Below, one piece after another: positions 56,382 through 64,000 of a DNA stretch of 64,000 nucleotides. The translations under genes and the position numbers were made by a program. Below the pieces are notes generated by a model. It had not been told where the DNA came from. It saw only the letters and a list, made by a program, of their open reading frames with translations, and ran no database searches. Each line of letters opens with the position of its first letter. Positions within the stretch are counted from its first letter, which is position 1. The stretch covers positions 53,624-117,623 of the forward strand of contig JAVZCV010000002.1 in NCBI GenBank assembly GCA_038874215.1, in the 5' to 3' direction. The stretch comes from Candidatus Micrarchaeia archaeon. Its GTDB lineage: Archaea; Micrarchaeota; Micrarchaeia; Burarchaeales; JAVZCV01.

Positions 56382-57190
56382 CGCTTACCCTCTCTCATTA
56401 CATCTTCTACGTCCTTCCACTCTCCATGGAATATGTAGCCTGCAATAAGCCCTTTTTTGGCGAGAAAAGGAAAAACGTCTGTTTCAAGCATCCCTCTGTC
56501 AGGGGTGTAATTGAATATCTCGGGTTCAAAAACATAAACCCCTGCATTGACTATCCCACTCGGTTCTGTTCCCTTCTCAGGCTTCTCAACGAACTTTGTT
56601 ATCCAGTTCCCTTCAAGAGCAACAGTTCCATACCTATGCACATCTTTACTCTCATGAAGAGCCACCGTCGCCAAAGCGCCAACATCCTTGTGGAACTCAA
56701 CCATTTTTTTAAGGTCAAAATCGCAAATTACATCGCTGTTAAGCGCTACAAACGTCTTTCCAAACCGCCCTCTCGCAAGTTTCAGAGAACCCGCCGTCCC
56801 GACGGGCTCATCCTCTCTGATATATTCTATGGAAACCCCAAACCCTGCACCGTTCCCAAAGTAGCTCTCTATCTCCTCACGCAAATATCCGACCGATACC
56901 GTTATCTTCTTTATCCCATTTTTGCCTAACCACTCAATAACCCCCTGCATAACAGGTCTACCATATAACTCAAGCATAGGTTTAGGAAGCCTGTATGCGG
57001 CGTGTTTTCCCTCGCCACCAGCAAAAAGTAGCGCCTCATCAACAGACTCCTCGCCGAGCCCCTTCCTTATAAGCATCTCCAACGCATGAGACCTGCTTTT
57101 TACATCCAAGCCGTCAACCATCCTATCTATCCTTTTCAGCAGACCAGCGTCTATGCTGATGGCAATTTTTTCTTTCCTTCCTTTTTTCAC
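56378..57190 (-). CDS. Ribbon-helix-helix domain fused to an NDP-sugar pyrophosphorylase-like domain (start GTG 57190 or ATG 57229)
   Basis: KEKIAISIDAGLLKRIDRMV...SRSHALEMLIRKGL, then AGGEG..PKPML, GTAG, EKP, NAGVY. Confidence 0.85.
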   Translation of the reverse strand: MKKGRKEKIAISIDAGLLKRIDRMVDGLDVKSRSHALEMLIRKGLGEESVDEALLFAGGEGKHAAYRLPKPMLELYGRPVMQGVIEWLGKNGIKKITVSVGYLREEIESYFGNGAGFGVSIEYIREDEPVGTAGSLKLARGRFGKTFVALNSDVICDFDLKKMVEFHKDVGALATVALHESKDVHRYGTVALEGNWITKFVEKPEKGTEPSGIVNAGVYVFEPEIFNYTPDRGMLETDVFPFLAKKGLIAGYIFHGEWKDVEDVMREGKR

Positions 57191-57203
57191 GAAAAGCACC
57201 CGC

Positions 57204-57222
57204 GGTATGATAAGTTCATACC
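57204..57222. promoter_or_regulatory. Perfect inverted repeat, candidate operator
   Basis: GGTATGA-N5-TCATACC between a TATTTAAAT box (57247-57255, minus strand) and the RHH gene. Confidence 0.5.
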
Positions 57223-57370
57223 TCCTCATATTTTCGCATCTTACTGATTTAAATAGATTGTGCATAAACTACCAAAGGTTTATATTCTTTTTTTGCGTAT
57301 ATCTCATCACAACAGTCTAAAATAACACAACCAACTATTTACTATATTATGCAAAAACGAGGTGATTTAG

Positions 57371-57991
57371 ATGGAATTAGAAAATACTGGTACATCAGAA
57401 ATACCTGAACCAGTATCGGTAAAGTTAGATAGGTTGCAGTCAGGAGTTAGTTTTGTGGAGCAGCGGGATATCGCCAAAGAATTATTGGAAAAAGCAGGTC
57501 CATCAGACGTCCCCAAAATAATCCGTGTATTGACATCCGGTAACGTTAAAGATCTACGCACCCGAGATTCGCTTGTGGTAGCAATAACAGAAAATGCAAC
57601 TTCTGATCACGTACCCGCCCTGTTAAACATGTTGAAGATGGGTGTTGCTGAACCCGAGCAGTGCCCATTTGCTGACACGATACTTAGAGAGTCAAATCCA
57701 TCGCACACCGCCGAAATAATCCGTGTATTAAAATCCGGTAAAGTTACAAACATATGGGCCCAATATTCGCTTGCAATGGCGATACAAAACTACTCAACTC
57801 CTACGCACAATTCTCTCCTAGAAAGTTCTTATCCCACATTGCAAAGTATTCTTCATACCTATGCCTTAGAGCTTATACGCCAGGCCTTACAGCGCATAGG
57901 GGGTAGGTCTGGTTTCAGCATCCCAAAACCACCAAACAACAGACAGAACAATCGTGGTCGGAACGGAGGTCTGCAACCCAACAAGCACTAA
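57371..57991 (+). CDS. Hypothetical helical-repeat protein
   Basis: GAGGTGA RBS; IIRVL.SG.V repeated at 66-aa spacing (AAATAATCCGTGTATT at 57516 and 57714). Confidence 0.7.
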   Translation: MELENTGTSEIPEPVSVKLDRLQSGVSFVEQRDIAKELLEKAGPSDVPKIIRVLTSGNVKDLRTRDSLVVAITENATSDHVPALLNMLKMGVAEPEQCPFADTILRESNPSHTAEIIRVLKSGKVTNIWAQYSLAMAIQNYSTPTHNSLLESSYPTLQSILHTYALELIRQALQRIGGRSGFSIPKPPNNRQNNRGRNGGLQPNKH

Positions 57992-58048
57992 CAAATCAAG
58001 CAAAATAGTAGAAATTGACGCCCCACGCTTGGTAGGAGAGATGGAAAC

Positions 58049-59383
58049 CTAACCACAGACCTCCTCCCTTACTATTTTTTCATATTCCCTGCATATTTTT
58101 TCTGCCTTTCCAGCGGTTCTCGCCTCTGCAAAAACCCGTATGTAGTTCTCTGTTCCAGAAGGTCTTATTATCACCCACTCTTCACCAAAGTTTATCCGGA
58201 CTCCATCAATAGTTATAACATTCTCCCCCTGGAATCTCTCCGCTAATGCCTTCATTACATGCTCTTTCTGTGCGTGGCTGCACTCCACCTTCGTCTTAAA
58301 GTTGTAATACTTCGGTAGTCCTTCAACGAGCTCTGAGAGGGGTTTGTCGCAGGCCATTTCAGCAATTTTCGCCGCAGTCATGAGCCCGTCTTTACCCAAG
58401 GATATCTCTGGCCATATCACGCCTCCTACTTCCTCACCCCCGATTACTGCGCCGATCTCAAGCATTTTCTCAGCCAAGTATGGTGCGCCAACGCGCGTAT
58501 AAACGAGCTCACAGCCAAATTCCTCACATACCGACTTCACAACGTTGCTTGTTGCTACTGTGGTTACTACCTTTCCCCTATCCTTCCCAAGCTTATGCCC
58601 CACGCAAAGCGCAAAAACCTTGTCGCCTATTACATACCTCCCCTTCTCATCAACAAAAACTACCCTATCCCCATCTCCATCCCATGCAACCCCAAAGTCA
58701 AATTCAGATGAGCGAACAAATTCCACAAGGTCCTTTATGTTTGCTTCTGTCGGTTCGGAATTTCTTCCCGGGAAAAAGCCGTCTGGCTGGCAATTCAATG
58801 TTACTATCTCCATACCAAGCCGTCGCATAAGCATCGGTGCGATGAGCGAAGTCGTACCATTCCCGCAGTCAAGAGCAATCCTGAGCTTTTTACTGCGTAT
58901 CTTATCCGCATCCACATTCTTTTCTATCGCCTCTGCATGATCTTGCATCGCACTCCCGTATCTTTCAACATTCCTAATCTCATTCCACTTTGCTCTTCGC
59001 AACCCACGCCTTAAAATCTTCTCAATCTCAGCACCCCTCTCGCGCGATATATCTACCCCATTCCTGTCAACAAACTTGAGCGCATTCCATTCAGGAGGGT
59101 TGTGCGATGCCGTTACGATTATACCCCCATCTGCCCGCATTCTGAGAACAAGGAATTCAATAGTAGGGGAAGGAACAACACCAACATCAACAACATCGCA
59201 TCCCGCGCTGAGCAGGCCACTCACCACCGCATTCTTCAGCATCTCGCTACTCGTTCTCGTGTCCATGCCCACGATTATCCTCCCGTGCGCGAATTCCCCA
59301 AATGCGCAAGAAATAGATGCTGCGAACTCAGGCGTCAGCTCATCAAGCTTCCCTCTTATGCCATTAGTACCGAAAGTAAGCAC
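58049..59383 (-). CDS. glmM: Phosphohexomutase (phosphoglucosamine mutase / PMM-PGM)
   Basis: FGTNGIRG, TASHNP, DGDGDR, GGEE, RPSGTE. Confidence 0.9.
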   Translation of the reverse strand: MLTFGTNGIRGKLDELTPEFAASISCAFGEFAHGRIIVGMDTRTSSEMLKNAVVSGLLSAGCDVVDVGVVPSPTIEFLVLRMRADGGIIVTASHNPPEWNALKFVDRNGVDISRERGAEIEKILRRGLRRAKWNEIRNVERYGSAMQDHAEAIEKNVDADKIRSKKLRIALDCGNGTTSLIAPMLMRRLGMEIVTLNCQPDGFFPGRNSEPTEANIKDLVEFVRSSEFDFGVAWDGDGDRVVFVDEKGRYVIGDKVFALCVGHKLGKDRGKVVTTVATSNVVKSVCEEFGCELVYTRVGAPYLAEKMLEIGAVIGGEEVGGVIWPEISLGKDGLMTAAKIAEMACDKPLSELVEGLPKYYNFKTKVECSHAQKEHVMKALAERFQGENVITIDGVRINFGEEWVIIRPSGTENYIRVFAEARTAGKAEKICREYEKIVREEVCG

Positions 59384-59437
59384 GCAACCACCGCTTACAA
59401 ATAAATAGCTTTTTATTTAATAGCTTTCGGAGAGTTT

Positions 59438-60433
59438 ATGGGCTTCTGGAGCGAAAAACGCGTTCTTATAACAGGGATATCTGGCTTTGTTGGTTCGCAT
59501 CTTGCTGAAAAGCTAATTTCAGAGGGCTCAGATGTTTTCGGGCTTGTTAGAAGGCATGCGGTGCCTTTCTATCCGAATATAGAGCATCTGCGGAATAAAA
59601 TAGAGATTGTTGAAGGAGACCTGTTGGATACACCATCAATAATAGATGCGCTAAAGAAGAGCGAAGCAGAAGTTGTTTTCCACCTTGCAGCGCAGTCTTT
59701 TGTTCCGCTTAGTTTCAGTGCGCCTTTCGCTACATACGAAGCGAACATAATGGGCACTGCGAACCTGCTTGAGGCGATACGAAAAGCAGGTGATGTTGAG
59801 AAAATGCACTTTGCAGGCTCAAGTGAGGAATACGGGCTGGTGCATGAAAAAGAAGTTCCGATAAAAGAGACGAATCCCTTAAGGCCACTTTCCCCATACG
59901 CCGCATCAAAAGTCGCCGGGGATTTCATGTGCTATACGCACTTCAAATGTTATTCGCTTCCCATCGTGAGAACGCGCGCTTTCAACCACACAGGTCCAAG
60001 AAGAGGCCTAAACTTCGTAACAAGTGTGATAACCCGTCAGGTTGCAAGTGCGATAAAATTTGGGGAAAAGACGATGCACCTAGGGAATCCTGAGCCCATA
60101 AGGGATTTCAGCGATGTTAGGGACATAATACGTGGCTATATGCTTGCTGTTGAGAAAGGGGAATGCGGTGAAGTGTATAATTTAGGAAGCGGGAAGGGAA
60201 GAACGATACGAGAGGTTGCAGATATGGCAATGAAGGCAGGCAACGTTAAGATGAAGATCGTTACAGATAAATCACGCTACAGGCCCGCAGAGGTTATGCG
60301 TCTTATCTGCGACGCGTCAAAAGCGAGAAAAAAATTGGGCTGGAAGCCAGAAATACCTTTTGAGAAAACCCTGAAAGACATGATAGACTATTACCTTGCG
60401 AATGAGCAGATGTTGAGAAGCGATGCACACTGA
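59438..60433 (+). CDS. gmd: GDP-mannose 4,6-dehydratase / GDP-sugar SDR
   Basis: TGISGFVG, LAAQSFV, SSEEYG, PLSPYAASK, FNHTGPRRG. Confidence 0.85.
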   Translation: MGFWSEKRVLITGISGFVGSHLAEKLISEGSDVFGLVRRHAVPFYPNIEHLRNKIEIVEGDLLDTPSIIDALKKSEAEVVFHLAAQSFVPLSFSAPFATYEANIMGTANLLEAIRKAGDVEKMHFAGSSEEYGLVHEKEVPIKETNPLRPLSPYAASKVAGDFMCYTHFKCYSLPIVRTRAFNHTGPRRGLNFVTSVITRQVASAIKFGEKTMHLGNPEPIRDFSDVRDIIRGYMLAVEKGECGEVYNLGSGKGRTIREVADMAMKAGNVKMKIVTDKSRYRPAEVMRLICDASKARKKLGWKPEIPFEKTLKDMIDYYLANEQMLRSDAH

Positions 60434-60619
60434 CTATGCCCTGTGCAAGTTCGTAAAAATATATGACTGCTAAGAAATTTGAATAAAACAGTTCGCAAAT
60501 TTTTCTAATATAAATAATTTTCGCAAAAGCTTTATATATAGCAAGCTCCCTATATTATATGGGGCAGAACCTTGTTTTTTTTAAATAGGTTGGTTCACCC
60601 GTACGTGGGAGGTGAATAT

Positions 60620-62283
60620 ATGGTTACGGAATCGGGCAGAGGAGATGATACTGATTCTAAAAGAAGAAGACTTGAGGAGCTTAGAGCTCTCGGTTTTAGG
60701 AGAACGGCTGAGGAGCAGATCGAGTATAACCTCCTTAGAAGAAGACTAGGAGGTGATGGTGGCGTTGTTCAGCCGCCTAACGTTTCGCAACAATCCACAC
60801 CAACGACTCCGGCAGAGAATAATAAAGAGCCCGAACAATCGCAAGCTACGTCCCCGGAGGCTCGGCGGGAGAGGCTAAGAAATCTAATGGAAATTGTAGG
60901 ACCAAGAAAACCAGGCGAAAGCCTCCGAGAATACCGAGACCGACTTAGGCGTGCCGAGGCAGGACAAATAGAAGAAACAAAAGTTGAAAATAAGCCGTAC
61001 GAGGATAGAGATACTCTTCTTTCTGCAATTGAAAACAACCCGAGGCAAAAAGATGAAAGCGGTCGTAAATACTATAAAAGGCTTAGGAGGAAACTACGAG
61101 AAGAACAAACACCACAACCCCAACCAACAACACCAACCCCAGAGCCAACACCCCAACCAACAACACCAACCCCAGAGCCAACACCCCAACCAACAACACC
61201 AACCCCAGAGCCAACACCCCAACCAACAACACCACAACCCCAACAACAGCAGAGCCGTCTTATGCGTGTCCTATCATGGATTTCTAACCCGCTTGGAAAT
61301 GCGCTCGCATCTTTTGCATCAACCCCATTGGGCAAATTGGCTGCAAAAGTAGTGGGGGGTTATGGGAGCGCTTTTCTAGCTCATCTTATCATTCCTTACA
61401 ACATTGTTAGAGGGGTTGCAGTCGGTATAATGACGGGCGTAGCAACAGCAAATCTCGTTGAACTTATCGGTCATAGAGCGAGGCAGGCATGGGAGGATCA
61501 AATACAAAACGCACAGGAGGTAGCAGCCCAAACAGGAAGAAATGCAGAAGCCATAGTAAGAAGCGCGCAGAGAAAAATCAAAGCGCTCAACGCTGTAAAA
61601 ATCCTCTCAGGGATTGCGGCAGGAGTCGCAGTTGGTCTGATGAGCATGGGCGGCCTTGGAGCCATATTCGGCAACAAATCAAGCGCTGCAGCAACAGCGG
61701 CAGAACAGAAAGCAAGCGCAGCGGCTTCTGGTGCGCATGCTCCATCAACAAGGCAGCACCTTCCGGTATGGGCGTGCCCCAAGCTACCGCACCAAGCGAA
61801 ATACCAAACACCTCACCTATGGAAAGCGCAACGAGCATAACCCCATCACCATATACGGCAGAGTTGGGCAGACGCTTTGATGAGATACTCAGAACGATAA
61901 ACCCACAAGAAGACGCACATAAAACACTAATAGATATTCTTAGAGCAAGGGGCATGTGCGAAGAAGATATAGCTGCGATAAAGGAGCACTTCATAGGAGC
62001 TGATGTAAAACTATCTGCATATGATATGAAGCTACTTCGCGAATACGGATCAGCAGGTATATTCGGGGAGCATGTAGGCAGAGTTGCAGAAGCAGCCCAA
62101 GGCGGATTAACACCTCAAGAACATGCACAACTTGCAGGAGGGCTTATGGAGGCAAAAGGAAATGCACTTAGAGAGTTGGGTAACTGGGGGTTGTCGCAGG
62201 CACGTCGAATATTCGGAATGCTCAAAACTGAAGCTCCCCGCGCAGCAGCGAGAGGGGTTGCAAGAGCAGCCACGCAAAAATAA
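60620..62283 (+). pseudogene. Hypothetical protein apparently split by a frameshift near 61750 (60620-61840 plus the frame ending at 62283)
   Basis: GGAGGTGA RBS. The A/P/S/T linker GAHAPST continues as AAPSGMGVPQATAPSE in the -1 frame, which then encodes a helical domain. Confidence 0.55.
61118..61234 (+). repeat. 33-bp perfect tandem repeat x3.5 encoding PQPTTPTPEPT
   Basis: CCCCAACCAACAACACCAACCCCAGAGCCAACA at 61118, 61151 and 61184; partial copy at 61217. Confidence 0.97.
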
Positions 62284-62287
62284 TAAT

Positions 62288-62312
62288 CCCTTCTCTTCTT
62301 CTTTCTTTTTTT
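62288..62312 (+). terminator. Pyrimidine/oligo-T terminator candidate
   Basis: CCCTTCTCTTCTTCTTTCTTTTTTT directly after TAATAA. Confidence 0.55.
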
Positions 62313-62352
62313 ACGCAAACCATACATTTTTTTTACCATTCTAAATAACCTT

Positions 62353-63066
62353 ATGGAGCTGAAAGGCGGTTTAGCGCATAGAATAACAGTAGTTCTGCCT
62401 ACTTACAACGAAAGGGAGACGCTCCCACTAACTGTTGAAAAACTCAGCGCTCTACTTGGAAGAAATGTGCGTTTTATCGTTGTTGACGATAACAGTCCCG
62501 ATGGAACCGCAGGTGTTGCGATAAAGCTTTCTGAAAAATATCCCATAAAGCTAATTCTCAGAGAGAAGCGAGAGGGGTTAGGAGCCGCACTCATGCAGGC
62601 ATACAAAGAGGTAGAAACAGACCTGATTCTCTCAATAGACACAGACATGCAGTTCTCCCTTGATAACATAAAGACGATGTTTGAGAGAATAGATGAAGGA
62701 TGCGATATCGTTGTTGCATCCCGCTATGTCCGTGGCGGATCCGTACACAGAATCCCCATATTGCGCATCCTCGCAAGCAGAACAGCGAATGCGCTTGCAA
62801 GGACTATATGCCGAGTGCCTATCTCAGATTTCACGGCAAATTTCCGCTTGTTTAAGCGGGATGTTCTGGCACGTTTTTCATGCACGCGGAAGAGCAATTT
62901 CTACCTTGCGGAATTTTTAGTAAAAGCGCATAGAAGCGGTTTGAAAATATGTGAGGTGCCCGTTGAATTTCACGGAAGGGAAAAGGGAAGATCAAAGCTT
63001 AGGCTTTTCGAAGAATCGCTCCTCTTTGTTAAAGAATTAATAACGCTTAGTCTTACTGGTCTCTGA
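62353..63066 (+). CDS. Polyprenol-phosphate glycosyltransferase (DPM1-like GT2)
   Basis: LPTYNE, DDNSPDGT, GLG.A, DTD, SRYVRGG, R..G.SK. Confidence 0.9.
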   Translation: MELKGGLAHRITVVLPTYNERETLPLTVEKLSALLGRNVRFIVVDDNSPDGTAGVAIKLSEKYPIKLILREKREGLGAALMQAYKEVETDLILSIDTDMQFSLDNIKTMFERIDEGCDIVVASRYVRGGSVHRIPILRILASRTANALARTICRVPISDFTANFRLFKRDVLARFSCTRKSNFYLAEFLVKAHRSGLKICEVPVEFHGREKGRSKLRLFEESLLFVKELITLSLTGL

Positions 63067-64000
63067 TTCCCCCAATTCTTTCATATATTTTCCTGTACCC
63101 GTCCCAAAAGCGCTGGAGGTTAAACTCCTCAACAATTCTCTCCCTTGCCTTTCTACCCATTAAAATTCTCTTATCTGGTTCTTCTGCGAGTTCAAGAATT
63201 CTGTCATACATTTCCTCCTCATCAAAATCTTTTATCAGAAATCCATCTTTCCCATCACCTATCACTTCGGGCATCCCACCGATTGCGAAAGCTACAGGCG
63301 GAAGTCCGCATGACATTGCTTCAAGCAGAGACATCGGAATTAGGTTAAAAACAGACGTAAGAAGGAATATATCGCCTTGTGCTATGTGGCGCGGCAACTC
63401 CTCCCTACTCACATACATTTTAACGAAGTTTTTTCTAAGTTCACGCGGAATCCTCAAATTTTCATTGTTTGCGCCATAAAGCCTGAACTCAACATTCTTT
63501 TTCTTCCTTGCTATCCTGCGTGCAACCCTAAAAAATATATCAGCGCCGTGCATGGGTCTCCCTCCAAAATTGCTACCAAGAGTAAGAACGACAACTTTCT
63601 CGCTTGGCTTTTTCTCGCTTGGCTTGAAAGTTTCAGTGTCAACACCATGATAGACTACATCACCATATACCCCATAATCCTCCTCAACCCTTTTCTTCCA
63701 ATATTTGCATATGTGGTTAACTGCATCCGCTTTTTTAAGAAGGAATCCCTTTAAGCGTGATTTTTTGAAATTCTCCTCAAGCAGGTCTTTTTTTGAATAA
63801 CTCGCAGGAACATACGGCATCCAGTGGACCGTATAGAGAGTAGGGAATTTTCCAAATTGCTTTAGGGACCATACTGCCGCAAGCTCCCTGAAAGTGCCTA
63901 TGTGCAGTATGTCTGTTTCTTTTCTCAATTTCCAGAGAGCCCAGAATATGCGCCACGCCGAAACAACCCTGTTAACACCCGCTTTCTCAGAAAAGTTAAC
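63053..64000 (-). CDS. Glycosyltransferase family 4 (5'-partial)
   Basis: HGVDTETF, SLLEAMSCGLP, GGMPEVI; the frame is open to the window end. Confidence 0.88.
   Translation of the reverse strand, partial: VNFSEKAGVNRVVSAWRIFWALWKLRKETDILHIGTFRELAAVWSLKQFGKFPTLYTVHWMPYVPASYSKKDLLEENFKKSRLKGFLLKKADAVNHICKYWKKRVEEDYGVYGDVVYHGVDTETFKPSEKKPSEKVVVLTLGSNFGGRPMHGADIFFRVARRIARKKKNVEFRLYGANNENLRIPRELRKNFVKMYVSREELPRHIAQGDIFLLTSVFNLIPMSLLEAMSCGLPPVAFAIGGMPEVIGDGKDGFLIKDFDEEEMYDRILELAEEPDKRILMGRKARERIVEEFNLQRFWDGYRKIYERIGGIRDQ

Noticed and set aside
61118-61234. 33-bp repeats as a CRISPR array
   Set aside because: Head-to-tail with no spacers, in frame within a CDS, and no cas genes in the window

Overview
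A gene-dense archaeal chromosomal segment. It carries TFB, a TBP-type gene, RadA, RPA, Rpo4, eL21, archaeal DnaG, an archaellin, a prepilin peptidase and SRP54. The compact layout, many Cys-rich surface proteins and a lone 5S rRNA suggest a DPANN (Micrarchaeota-like) genome, which is an inference. Main content: two glycosylation regions (~1.3-9.7 kb and ~49.8-64 kb), pyrimidine and pentose genes, and a SpoIIM-like/KaiC-like ATPase/surface-protein block. No transposase, integrase or CRISPR array was seen. Most notable observations: (1) a ~70-nt intergenic minus-strand H/ACA-like K-turn hairpin with three 12-nt stretches antisense to the 23S rRNA GTPase-associated centre; (2) a tRNA-Glu(UUC) with three non-canonical BHB-type introns and a 6-nt micro-exon; (3) a single-repeat 'half' TBP; (4) a PAP2 phosphatase/dolichol-kinase-family fusion; (5) an RHH-nucleotidyltransferase fusion with a candidate operator; (6) an STT3-like protein lacking WWDYG, next to ALG7-like and ALG2-like genes; (7) two probable CUG start codons. 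Product calls come from recognising motifs by eye; no database searches were run.
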